A DNA stretch of 64,000 nucleotides from Verrucomicrobiia bacterium (lineage in GTDB: Bacteria; Verrucomicrobiota; Verrucomicrobiia; JADLBR01; JAIBCM01). The notes beneath the pieces are model-generated. The model was not told the DNA's origin. It did not search any database and saw nothing but the letters and a program-made list of their open reading frames with translations. The position numbers and the translations under genes are program-made. Below are positions 52,097 to 61,925 of this stretch, piece after piece. The stretch's first letter is position 1. Each line of letters begins with the position of its first letter. The stretch lies in the NCBI GenBank assembly GCA_041395165.1, contig JAWLBA010000003.1:9900-73899 (forward strand). The letters run 5' to 3'.

Positions 52097-52131
52097 AAAA
52101 ACCCGGTCATTTACTATCGACCGGGTTTTTT
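52097..52131. terminator. Rho-independent terminator after rpsU
   Basis: AAAAACCCGGTC-N10-GACCGGGTTTTTT hairpin with T-tract. Confidence 0.8.
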
Positions 52132-52167
52132 ATTATATAACAATCAATCAAGTTATTGAATTTTAAT

Positions 52168-53074
52168 GTGATCGCTTTTCAACTAGTTGGAATGCTCATC
52201 GACATGACAAAGGCGGCTCCATGCTTCGAGAAATCGAAACCTTGGGATTCCAATGGGCAGAACTTTCGGACACGGCATTCGCGCAGAACTCATGCCAGGC
52301 ATTTTAAAGTATCTCAACAAAAGCGCCTTGCGAATCAGCAGCGTTCATAATTACTGTCCCCTACCGCCTGGCATGCAAAAAGATGCGCCCGATTTTTTAA
52401 CCTACACTCCTACTCCATCAAGCCGATCGCAAACGCGCCGTATAAAAAACTAAGGAAAGCATCGATTTCGCCGAACAAGTTGGAGCCAGTTATGTTATTC
52501 TCCATTTGGGTTCGCTGTTTTCTGGAAAAAGAAGAGCACGCACTCATCCAAGCTTTAGCTCAAGGAAAAAAGTCGCGCTGTAGATTGCAAATTGAAACTG
52601 GTGACGCTTCGGCAAAAGAAAGTGGTTCCCTTATGGGATCGAGTGCATGAATGTCTGAGTTCGATTATTCCTTACGCAAAAAACAAAAAAATAAAATTAG
52701 GCATCGAAAATCGTGCTTATTTTGGAGAACTGCCTTTTGAGGAAGAATTCACAACACTATGGAATCGTTACCCTTCCGACACATTAGTTTATTGGCATGA
52801 TTTTGGCCATGCTCAACTTAAACAAGAAAGAAGCTGGCTCAATCATTGGGAAACCTTTTCTCAACAAAAAAATCATCTTGGCGGCTGCCACATTCATGAT
52901 GCTCGATTTCCATCACAAGATCACCAAGCTTTAGGCAAAGGCAATATAGAGTGGCCACTTTTTTTATCTCAACTTGCCACAACCATCCCGTGGGTTCTAG
53001 AGTTTCATCCTAAAACCTCGGAGGATCATATTCAAAAAAGTTTGAACATATTAAAAAATTTCCAAATACAATGA
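52168..53074 (+). CDS. Sugar phosphate isomerase/epimerase (xylose-isomerase-like TIM barrel), several indels
   Basis: GTG IAF(S)TSWNAHRH, ISSVHNYCPLP, LHLG, LGIENR, YWHDFGHAQ, GCHIHD, WVLEF. Confidence 0.8.
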
Positions 53075-54066
53075 AGCGGGGATTCATGATCGCTTTGAAA
53101 GCCGGGTTCTCCCTCGGATTATTGGCGTTACTACTATATCGTTTCCCCATTTCAGCAGAGCGTTGGCATATCGAATGGAAAAATTTGCAATGGCATTGGT
53201 TTTGGTTATCCCTGTTGGCTGCCACAATATCTATTATTATTGGCATAACGCGCTGGCATTTTCTGCTAAAAACACAAAAAATCTTTTTAGACTTTAAGCA
53301 CACATTAGCCATCGGCTTCATTGGCCTCTTTTTCTCTATCTTTTCTATCGGCATTATTGGAGGCGATGCCGCACGCGTTTTTTACCTTTTTCAAATCGAA
53401 AAAATGAAAAAAACTCCCGCACTCTTTAGCATTTTCTTGGATCGCAGTTTAGGTTTTTTAGGATTATTCGCCCTCGCACTTTGCGCCTTACCCTTAAGCT
53501 GGCACTGGCTATCTCAAGAGCCGGAAACCAAAATTTTTGTTTTGTTTTTAGCGGCCTTTTTAACATTAGGCATTATAGGCTTGGTAAGCTTAGTCTTTTT
53601 CAGAAAAAAAAATTGGGGCCTATTTCACCTTATCAAACGTTGGGATTGGGGAGAAAAACTCCTTCAACAAACGGATCAAATCCTAGAAATTTGTTTCCGA
53701 GAAGGCAAAACCATTCTCACCGTTTGTTTCGGACTATCTCTTGGTGTCCATTTAAGTTTAATTTTTTGCGGCTACTTTTTAGCGCGCGCCTTCTCCTTGC
53801 CCATACCATTTTTACTCACAGCAGGAATGATGCCTCTGGTAAATGCCGTTATTACTTTACCTGTCACCATCTCAGGCCTGGGATTGCGCGAAACAGCTTT
53901 TTTGCTGCTCTTTCGAGGCGCTCATCTTGAGGAAACCAAAGCTTTTATTTTTTCTATAACCTACTGGATATTGGCAGTGATTCTCGCTTTGATCGGCGGT
54001 TTACTTTATATTTTTTATCGTTGTCCAAAACAACCGAGAGAGAATAAAGTACAGTCTCACAAATGA
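53071..54066 (+). CDS. UPF0104 / lysylphosphatidylglycerol-synthase-TM family membrane protein
   Basis: RWHFLL, IGIIGGDAAR, SIFLDRSLG, LPVTISGLGLRE; ~8 TM. Confidence 0.88.
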   Translation: MKRGFMIALKAGFSLGLLALLLYRFPISAERWHIEWKNLQWHWFWLSLLAATISIIIGITRWHFLLKTQKIFLDFKHTLAIGFIGLFFSIFSIGIIGGDAARVFYLFQIEKMKKTPALFSIFLDRSLGFLGLFALALCALPLSWHWLSQEPETKIFVLFLAAFLTLGIIGLVSLVFFRKKNWGLFHLIKRWDWGEKLLQQTDQILEICFREGKTILTVCFGLSLGVHLSLIFCGYFLARAFSLPIPFLLTAGMMPLVNAVITLPVTISGLGLRETAFLLLFRGAHLEETKAFIFSITYWILAVILALIGGLLYIFYRCPKQPRENKVQSHK

Positions 54067-56648
54067 GAGACATTGCCGAAAAAATTCTACGCCTTTTACA
54101 AAGCAAAGGGTTTGAAGCTTACTTTGCCGGTGGCTGCGTGCGCGACCAACTCTTGGGCATTACCCCTACCGATTACGATATTGCTACCAACGCGCGACCC
54201 GAAGAAGTCGAAGCGCTCTTTCCAGGAAAAAGCGATTTAGTCGGAAAAAGTTTTGGTGTCGTAATCGTTAAAGAAAAAGGGTGTCATGTCGAAGTTGCAA
54301 CCTTTCGTAAAGATAATATCTACATCGATGGACGCCGCCCAGAATCGGTCACCTTTTCCAGCGTAGAACAAGATGCCCATCGACGCGATTTTACCGTTAA
54401 CGCTCTTTTTTTTGATCCCGTCACCAATCGCGTTTTAGATTTTGTCGGTGGCCAAAAAGATCTTGAAAATAAAATAATTCGCGCTGTGGGCGATCCCAAA
54501 GAACGTTTCGCGGAAGATAAATTGCGTTTGCTGCGCGCAGTTCGAATTGCAGGCGCTTTAAACTTTCAAATAGAACCCAACACCTGGCAAGCACTGCAAG
54601 CCGAAACCACCACCATTAACCAAGTTAGCCCAGAAAGAATTCGTGAAGAATTTAAAAAATGGGCAACAGGCCCCAATCTGGTGAAGGGATTTGATTTATT
54701 GGATCATAGTGGATTGCTAAAAGTGATCCTGCCGGAGGTCGAAGCATTAAAAGGTGTCGAACAACCTCCTCAATTTCATCCTGAAGGTGACGTTTTTGTG
54801 CATGTCAGACTCATGTTGAGCCACCTACAACAACGCAATGAAGCTTTGGTTTGGGCTGTGTTACTGCACGACATCGGAAAGCCAGCGACTTATGCTGTGG
54901 ATGTCACCGGTCGCATCCGGTTCAATGGCCATGAAAGCGTAAGCGCCACGATGGCAAAAAAGATTTTGGGACGCTTACGATTTTCCAATGCTCAATCAGA
55001 ACGCATTATTGCCATGGTGGCAAATCATATGAGCTTCAAAGATGCACCTCAAATGCGTCTCAGTACATTAAAACGGTTCTTATCTCGAGAAACGTTTCTT
55101 GAAGAGTTAGAACTGCATCGCGTGGACTGTCTTAGTTCACATGGCGATCTAAAAATTTATGGATTTTTAAAACAGCGTTGGGAAAATTTTTCTCAAGAAG
55201 AAATCAAACCCCAAGGCTTTCTTAATGGCAAAGATGTATTAGCACAAAATATCGCGCCGGGACCAGAAGTAGGAAAATTATTACAAAAAGCATATGACTT
55301 ACAATTGGAGGGCAAATTGAAAAATAGAAGTGAAGCGTTAGTCTGGTTAAAACAACAAACGCAAAATCAACGTTTTTCGTTTTTGCTGCGAAGCTGGTAT
55401 ATTTTTGGACTCATTATTTTCTTACTGGTTTTGTTTTTAGATCGCTCTGACTTATGGCAAACTTGGGAAAACAAACAATGGGATAAGCTACAATCGCTCG
55501 GTAGCACTCGCCCCATTTTCTTGACCAATATCGTCGCAGTAGAGATCGATGCCAGCACTCTCAGTACTTATGGCGAAGGTCAATGGCCATTTTCGCGTTT
55601 GCCTTATGCCACTCTCTTACAAACCTTGCGAGGGCGAGGCGTACGAGGTGTAGGTTTCGAAATGATACTTTCCGAACGCGATCCGAGCTATACTGCTTTC
55701 GATAATGCTTTCATCAACCAAATTCAACGCACTCCAGGTGTTGTCTTGGCAGCCAACGCGCTTCAAACACAAGAACCTACGATTGACAACCAACCCGTAG
55801 AAAATTTAAAATCAAAATCACAACAACTCAAGCTCATGCCTTCTTACAATGGAGGTTTTTTCCCATTAGAAACTTTTTCTGCTCAGGCTGCTTTAGGATT
55901 CAATAACTTGCCCATAGAAACTTCCAGTGTCTTAAGAAATGTGCCACTCGCTTTTCGATGGGGCACTAATCTTTATCCTTCTTTTATTTTGCAATGCGTT
56001 TTACAAAATGAAAGATTAACTCCAGCTGATGTGCAATGGAAAAAAAATAAAATTATTATCGAAAGAAGAGGGAAAAAATTATTTAAAATCCCTGTCGACA
56101 ACCAATGTCGCATGTGGATTAAAACCCATCCTACCGATGCACTACGGATCAAAAGAATAGGTTTAGATTCTTTAGTGCTGGCTGCCAGCCTGTCAACAAC
56201 GAATCGGTTTCAACCGTCCCCTTGGAATATGGATCAATTAAAAGAAAAATTCGTTATGGTAGGCCGAAGCGAAACCAATATTTATCAGCCCATCACAACC
56301 GCAGTCGGATTGCTATCACCCGCCGAAGTTCAACTTCTTGCCTGGCATGCGATTTACAATAAAAAAGCAGTCACATTCACTCCGAATTTCTTGATTTGGA
56401 TTTTATGGTTAAGCGTTATTTTTTTCATGCTATGGTTCAGTATACGAAACGCTTGGCCTTGGCCACTCTTTGCCTGGTTCTTTTTTATCATAGACTGGTA
56501 TATTATTAGCGCCTTTTTGGCTTACCTTTTTGAAATCCGATTTCCTGTAACAGGTTGTCTCGTTGCGACAACATTGAGTTTACTTGTCGGCTCAATTTAT
56601 CGGTTCTTACCTCATCGACAACCCAAGACCATATCAATAAAAAGCTAA
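54063..56648 (+). CDS. cca: Class II CCA tRNA nucleotidyltransferase (+HD) fused to TM-CHASE2-3TM
   Basis: GGCVRD..DYDIAT, RRDFTVNA, EDKLRLLRAVR, PERIREE, LLHDIGK; then TM, IVAVEIDA..QWPFSR..GVGFE..D, GFNNLP..RNVPL..YPSF, KFVMVG, three TMs. Confidence 0.85.
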   Translation: MRDIAEKILRLLQSKGFEAYFAGGCVRDQLLGITPTDYDIATNARPEEVEALFPGKSDLVGKSFGVVIVKEKGCHVEVATFRKDNIYIDGRRPESVTFSSVEQDAHRRDFTVNALFFDPVTNRVLDFVGGQKDLENKIIRAVGDPKERFAEDKLRLLRAVRIAGALNFQIEPNTWQALQAETTTINQVSPERIREEFKKWATGPNLVKGFDLLDHSGLLKVILPEVEALKGVEQPPQFHPEGDVFVHVRLMLSHLQQRNEALVWAVLLHDIGKPATYAVDVTGRIRFNGHESVSATMAKKILGRLRFSNAQSERIIAMVANHMSFKDAPQMRLSTLKRFLSRETFLEELELHRVDCLSSHGDLKIYGFLKQRWENFSQEEIKPQGFLNGKDVLAQNIAPGPEVGKLLQKAYDLQLEGKLKNRSEALVWLKQQTQNQRFSFLLRSWYIFGLIIFLLVLFLDRSDLWQTWENKQWDKLQSLGSTRPIFLTNIVAVEIDASTLSTYGEGQWPFSRLPYATLLQTLRGRGVRGVGFEMILSERDPSYTAFDNAFINQIQRTPGVVLAANALQTQEPTIDNQPVENLKSKSQQLKLMPSYNGGFFPLETFSAQAALGFNNLPIETSSVLRNVPLAFRWGTNLYPSFILQCVLQNERLTPADVQWKKNKIIIERRGKKLFKIPVDNQCRMWIKTHPTDALRIKRIGLDSLVLAASLSTTNRFQPSPWNMDQLKEKFVMVGRSETNIYQPITTAVGLLSPAEVQLLAWHAIYNKKAVTFTPNFLIWILWLSVIFFMLWFSIRNAWPWPLFAWFFFIIDWYIISAFLAYLFEIRFPVTGCLVATTLSLLVGSIYRFLPHRQPKTISIKS

Positions 56649-56711
56649 ACACCAAACAATCAAGGCTCAGTCAAGCGAGCCCTCTGCCCCTCTTAACAAA
56701 CAATATTGTTT

Positions 56712-57083
56712 TTAGATGTGTTTGGAATCATGTTCATCTTTTACATGATAACCGGCATCTTGACGTTTGTTATTTACCTCATTTTTCTTGAGGTAAGCTT
56801 GATAAAGATCTTCCGGACTCATATCCAAAACTTGCGCAATAGAAATCAGGAAATGAAAAAGGTCGATCACCTCCACTCGCGCATTTTGCTCATCAAACGT
56901 TTGATATTTCGCCCACCATTTCCATGGAATGCTATCCGTTAATTCGGCAATTTCCTGACCCATCGCGCGACAGTAGTTCAAAACCCATTTCTGTTTTTCT
57001 TCCTTGCTGAGCACGCCGGTTCGAATGCCAAGCCGATGATTGAGGGCTTCTTGCAAATCCCAAATTTTTTCTAATCTATCCAT
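56712..57083 (-). CDS. Dimeric (all-alpha) dUTPase
   Basis: EIAELTDSIPWKWW, EVIDLFHFLIS, YLKKNEVNNKRQD.GY. Confidence 0.88.
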   Translation of the reverse strand: MDRLEKIWDLQEALNHRLGIRTGVLSKEEKQKWVLNYCRAMGQEIAELTDSIPWKWWAKYQTFDEQNARVEVIDLFHFLISIAQVLDMSPEDLYQAYLKKNEVNNKRQDAGYHVKDEHDSKHI

Positions 57084-57140
57084 ACTTTAGTCATAAACAA
57101 AAGACGCTGGATATGCAACTCAGCAACGCTATAGTCTTTC

Positions 57141-58081
57141 GTGATGAGTGCTAACATAAGAAAGGTCACCATTCTAGGAACCGGTTGTGCCGGACTGACC
57201 GCGGCAATTTATACCGCGCGTGCCAACTTAAAACCTTTAGTTTTAACCGGAAAAATGCCGGGTGGATTATTGACCACCACCAGCATCGTAGAAAATTATC
57301 CGGGATTTCCTGAAGGAATTGACGGTTTTCAATTGATGACTCTTATGCAGAAACAAGCCGAACGCTTTGGCGCAGATGTGCAATTTGGTGAAATCGAAAA
57401 AGTCGATTTTTCTCAATACCCTTTTCGTCTCTGGAAAGAAGGCGAAGAAATTTTGTCGCATAGCGTGATCATCGCCACAGGTGCCTCTCACCGTCATCTC
57501 GGTTTGGAAAGCGAAAACTTCTCGATAAAAAAGGGGTGACTTATTGCGCCACTTGCGATGGTGCCCTGCCTATGTTTCGCAACCAACCTTTGGTCGTGGT
57601 AGGAGGTGGAGATTCTGCTTTGGAAGAGGCTTTGTATTTAACCCACTTTGCTTCCAAAGTTTATTTAGTTCATCGTCGCGATGAATTACGTGCTTCCCAA
57701 ATTATGCAGGAACGCGCTTTAGCTCATGAAAAAATTCAGCTAGTTTGGAATTCTATCGTAACTGAAATTTTGGATGTGACACAAGACCGCGTCACGGGTG
57801 TAAAATTACAGAACACCTTAGACAAAAGCATCAGCCAACTGGAGTGCGCCGGCGTCTTTGTTGCTATTGGGTTAATTCCCAACACTTCACTCTTTATTGA
57901 CCAACTTGATATGAGCGCTGAAGGTTATATTAAGTTGAAAATAGGCACCCGCACTTCGATGCCTGGCATCTTTGCTGCGGGTGACGTTGCTGATTCCATT
58001 TATCGCCAGGCTATTACTGCAGCAGGAACAGGTTGTGCTGCAGCAATTGAAACAGAACGCTATCTCTCAGCTCTATTTTAA
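57141..58081 (+). CDS. trxB: Thioredoxin reductase, -1 deletion near 57515
   Basis: GTGCAGLTAAIY, VENYPGF, (K)LLDKKGVTYCATCDG, GGGDSALEEA, FAAGDVAD..RQAITAAG.G. Confidence 0.95.
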
Positions 58082-58113
58082 CGCTTCTGCGTTACTCTCA
58101 ATATTTGAAACCT

Positions 58114-58317
58114 TTAAACTTTTTCCACACGACTAGCTTTAGGACCTTTATCCGAAGCAATGATTTCGTAACGAACGTGATCACCCTCTTCTAGATTTTT
58201 GAAGCCATCTCCATAAATAGCAGAAAAATGCACAAAAACATCTTTACCGCCATTATTAGGAGCAATGAATCCGAAGCCTTTTTTCGTGTCAAACCATTTG
58301 ACAATACCTTCCAACAT
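58114..58317 (-). CDS. Cold-shock protein
   Basis: [24 protein letters not shown]. Confidence 0.95.
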   Translation of the reverse strand: MLEGIVKWFDTKKGFGFIAPNNGGKDVFVHFSAIYGDGFKNLEEGDHVRYEIIASDKGPKASRVEKV

Positions 58318-58391
58318 GCTTAGTCACCCCCTTCATTGTTTTCCTTTTTTCATTTCTTTATTTTTCCAAAAAATTCTTTTCCCTTTAATTT

Positions 58392-58823
58392 CTATCGATC
58401 TTTAACAGAAATGATCGTTTTACTCATTTTAACTATTTTTTTAAAGTGCGCAACTTCCAACGGCATAACAGATAGACGAGATTGTCGAATTAAATAAATT
58501 TCTTTTAGCTCAGGCTCCTTTTTAATTATGTCGAGAGAGACCGGTTCTGTCAAAGTTTTAATAGGGATAATATCCACACACACCCAATCTCCATCACCTC
58601 GAGCAGTCGGATCAGGGTAAGCCTCTCGGGCCACTTCGGCGATTCCCACCACCTTTTTATCCGTAACACTATGATAAAATAATACATAATCACCACAACG
58701 CATCGAACGCAAAAAATTGCGCGCTTGAAAATTCCTTACCCCTGTCCAAGCCGTCTTTCCATCTCTTAGAAAATCCTGCCAAGAATAACTCTCCGGCTCC
58801 TGTTTTACTAACCAATATTTCAT
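58392..58823 (-). CDS. EVE domain-containing protein
   Basis: YWLVKQEP, WTGVRNFQARNFL, VLFYHS, RQSRLSV. Confidence 0.93.
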   Translation of the reverse strand: MKYWLVKQEPESYSWQDFLRDGKTAWTGVRNFQARNFLRSMRCGDYVLFYHSVTDKKVVGIAEVAREAYPDPTARGDGDWVCVDIIPIKTLTEPVSLDIIKKEPELKEIYLIRQSRLSVMPLEVAHFKKIVKMSKTIISVKDR

Positions 58824-58824
58824 C

Positions 58825-59868
58825 TTAATACTCTTTCCTTTCTTTCATCAAAATATTGGCCAGCTTACGGTGCGGTGCTGGCATGGGCAACTTTTGTAAT
58901 TGAGTCCAAGGAATTTCTTTGGAATCTGGCAAAAGAAACGGTGAAAAATAAGCCCGTAAAGTCACACGATACCGAGTAATGGAATAAACTAATTGATGCC
59001 ACGGTTTACCCGCTGGGATTTGTTGAATCTCAGGAAAACACCACAAGCCTTTCCAATGCTGGGTAGATTCTTGTTTTTTCATCCAGATAACTTCTTTATT
59101 AAAAGAAATCGCAACATTTTCAACTCGTGATGTAAAAAAAGTTTTTTGATTTTTATAAGGCAACTTTTCGGGATTTTTTGCGCGACATAAAAAATGCAAA
59201 GGACACAAACAACAAGCTGGTGTTCCTTTCGTGCATACAATCGCCCCCAACTCCATGAGCGCCTGATTAAAAATTCCAGGCTCTTTCCGTGGCACCAATT
59301 CCTCCACCCATTGCCACAATTTCTCTTGCACGTGACGAACATTCACCGGTTCCTGCAAATCCGTTAACCGCGACAAAACGCGAATCACATTCCCATCCAA
59401 AACCGGTTTTTGAAAAGAAAACGCAATACTTGCAATCGCGCCAGCCGTGTAACGCCCCATACCAGGCAATTGATAAATCGCCTCCCAATCCGCAGGAAGT
59501 TGCTCGCGATATTGTTTCACAACCTGCTTTGCTGCAGCGTGCAAATTTCTGGCGCGTTGATAATAACCCAAACCCTCCCACATTTTTAAAACCTTTTCTT
59601 GAGATGCTCTCGCCAAAGTCTTCCAAGTGGGAAATCGTTTGAGCCAACGATCATAATAAGGAATCACCGTCGCTACCTGAGTCTGCTGCAACATAATCTC
59701 AGAAACCGCAATCGCATAGGGATCCCGCGTGCGCCGCCATGGCAAATCACGTTGATTCGCTTTATACCAAGTTAATATTTTTTTTCTAAATTGAACCATT
59801 TCCCGACTCGACCAGGGCACAGAGAATCCGTTGGATTTCAAACTGTCTTTACGCTTTACTCTTTGCAT
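58825..59868 (-). CDS. mutY: A/G-specific adenine glycosylase
   Basis: RDLPWR, SEIMLQQTQV, GLGYYQRARNL, LPGMGRYTA, DGNVIRV, CT...P.C.LCP...C; real start may be ~59799. Confidence 0.95.
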   Translation of the reverse strand: MQRVKRKDSLKSNGFSVPWSSREMVQFRKKILTWYKANQRDLPWRRTRDPYAIAVSEIMLQQTQVATVIPYYDRWLKRFPTWKTLARASQEKVLKMWEGLGYYQRARNLHAAAKQVVKQYREQLPADWEAIYQLPGMGRYTAGAIASIAFSFQKPVLDGNVIRVLSRLTDLQEPVNVRHVQEKLWQWVEELVPRKEPGIFNQALMELGAIVCTKGTPACCLCPLHFLCRAKNPEKLPYKNQKTFFTSRVENVAISFNKEVIWMKKQESTQHWKGLWCFPEIQQIPAGKPWHQLVYSITRYRVTLRAYFSPFLLPDSKEIPWTQLQKLPMPAPHRKLANILMKERKEY

Positions 59869-60790
59869 GCCGGAACCCCATACCTATACGATTGCATTAA
59901 CTTCGGCGCAAATCGAAAAATTAAAAACGTTGCTTCAACAGCGCGAATTTGAGTTTTCCACCCTTCCCTATGCACACTTCAAAGCTTCGAAAAATAAAAT
60001 TCAAGTTGCGGCTTATCAATCCGGAAAATGCGTAATCCAAGGCAAGGAAGCAAAAGATTTTATCGAGTTCACTTTAGAGCCTGAAATCTTAGGTGAAGCT
60101 AAATTGGGTTACGAAGAGCACCACAATCCTGAACATTTTATTCCTCACATTGGCGTGGATGAAAGCGGCAAAGGCGATTTTTTTGGACCGCTGGTAATAG
60201 CAGGTGTCTACGCAGACACAGCCACCATTAAAACTTTTCAAGAACTTGGCATTCGCGACAGTAAAGCCATCACCTCGGACAAAAAAATCGTTCAACTAGC
60301 TGAGGCAATCAAACAGATTAAATCGGTGCGTTTTCAAATCATTCCTATTTCTCCAGAAAAATATAATGAACTCCAAAAAAAAATGGGCTCTGTGAACGAA
60401 GTTCTCGGCTGGGGTCATGCCAAAGCAATTGAAAACCTTCTAGAAATCATCCCCTGCGAACGCGCAGTTTGCGATCAATTTGCCCGCACAACCTGGACAA
60501 TCAAAAAATATTTGGGCGCTAAAGGTAAAGCTATTCATGTCCACCAACAACATCGCGCTGAAAGCGACCCCGTCGTAGCAGCCGCCTCCATTCTCGCGCG
60601 CGCTTCCTTTGTTCAATGGTTGGAAAGCAAAGGCCGACAACTGCAAACGAACTTACCTTTAGGCGCCTCTAGTCGCGTGAAACAAGTCGCCACTGAACTC
60701 ATCGAAAAATTAGGAGAAGAACCTGTTAAAAAACTAGTCAAAACCCATTTCAAAACCTGGACTGAAATTAATCAAAAAACGCCTTCCTAA
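59867..60790 (+). CDS. rnhC: Ribonuclease HIII
   Basis: TBP-like N-domain (YQSGKCVIQG), IGVDESGKGDFFGPLV, RDSK, AAASILAR. Confidence 0.93.
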   Translation: MPEPHTYTIALTSAQIEKLKTLLQQREFEFSTLPYAHFKASKNKIQVAAYQSGKCVIQGKEAKDFIEFTLEPEILGEAKLGYEEHHNPEHFIPHIGVDESGKGDFFGPLVIAGVYADTATIKTFQELGIRDSKAITSDKKIVQLAEAIKQIKSVRFQIIPISPEKYNELQKKMGSVNEVLGWGHAKAIENLLEIIPCERAVCDQFARTTWTIKKYLGAKGKAIHVHQQHRAESDPVVAAASILARASFVQWLESKGRQLQTNLPLGASSRVKQVATELIEKLGEEPVKKLVKTHFKTWTEINQKTPS

Positions 60791-61911
60791 CGTTTTTCAA
60801 TTGGCACTACTTTCAATCCAAACGGCTTACCAATATAATCACTTAGTGGTCGATAAAGCCGATTGTCTGCGAGTTGCTCCAGGATATGCGCCGTCCACCC
60901 ACTCATACGCGCGATAGCAAATATCGGCGTAAAAAGATCTGTTGGAATCCCCAAACTATAATAAACCGTTGCAGAATAAAAATCGACATTGGCATTAAGA
61001 TTCTTTTCTTGCTTCATGATTTCCGCAATACGTTCCGACATCTTAATCCATTTCGGTTCGCCTAATTTTTTACAAAGTTGCACTGCCATGGCCTTCAAAT
61101 GAGGTGCGCGCGGGTCTAAGGTTTTATACACTCGATGACCAATACCCATGATCTTTTTCCGCTGTGCCAATGCATCAGCCACCCATTGATCTACCGCTTC
61201 CAGCGAACCAATTTCTTGTAACATATGAATCACACCTTCATTGGCTCCTCCATGCAAAGGCCCTTTTAAAGTGCCGATGGCTGAAGTAATCGCTGAATAC
61301 ATATCGCTCAATGTTGAAATGGTAACCCGCGCTGCAAAGGTCGAAGCATTTAACCCATGTTCCGCATGCAAGACATAAGCCATATCCAAAGTTTTTTCGG
61401 CTTCAGCAGAGGGTTCTTCGCCTGTTAATAAATAAAGAAAATGCGCCGCCTCTCCTAAATCATCTCGCACGGGCGGTAAACTCAATCCATTACGGGCACG
61501 ATGAAAATAAGCGGCAACCACACCAATTTGCGCAATTAATTTAATGGCCGTGCGACGATTCGCATCAATTGCATCCTCAGGATGAGGTGAATCGTAACAA
61601 CCCAACATACTCACCGCCGTCCGCATAATATCGATCGGCTGCGCCTTTTTGGGCGCCTTTTTAATAAAATCAATGACACCTTTAGGCAGCTGCCTTGAGC
61701 TTTTCAATTCGCACGAAAGCGTGTCGAGCTCGAGGCGATTGGGCAAACGATCATGCCACAATAAATAAACTACTTCCTCATAAGAAACTTTCCCCGCCAA
61801 TTCATTAATGTCGTAACCACAATAAAGCAAAATACCCTCTTCTCCGCGCACATCGCCAATGCGCGTTTCCGCAGCGACAATTCCTTCCAATCCTCTGGCT
61901 GTTACTGGCAT
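60787..61911 (-). CDS. gltA: Citrate synthase (short type; methylcitrate synthase not excluded)
   Basis: GLEG, HAEHGLNASTF, KGPLHGGANE, MGIGHRVYK, NVDFYS, RMSGW. Confidence 0.9.
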   Translation of the reverse strand: MPVTARGLEGIVAAETRIGDVRGEEGILLYCGYDINELAGKVSYEEVVYLLWHDRLPNRLELDTLSCELKSSRQLPKGVIDFIKKAPKKAQPIDIMRTAVSMLGCYDSPHPEDAIDANRRTAIKLIAQIGVVAAYFHRARNGLSLPPVRDDLGEAAHFLYLLTGEEPSAEAEKTLDMAYVLHAEHGLNASTFAARVTISTLSDMYSAITSAIGTLKGPLHGGANEGVIHMLQEIGSLEAVDQWVADALAQRKKIMGIGHRVYKTLDPRAPHLKAMAVQLCKKLGEPKWIKMSERIAEIMKQEKNLNANVDFYSATVYYSLGIPTDLFTPIFAIARMSGWTAHILEQLADNRLYRPLSDYIGKPFGLKVVPIEKR

Positions 61912-61925
61912 GTTCGACTCCTTTC

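Noticed and set aside
59799-59869. Head-to-head overlapping start codons of mutY and rnhC (GCATGC)
   Set aside because: MutY homology begins near MVQFRKK (~59799), leaving an ordinary ~67-bp divergent spacer.
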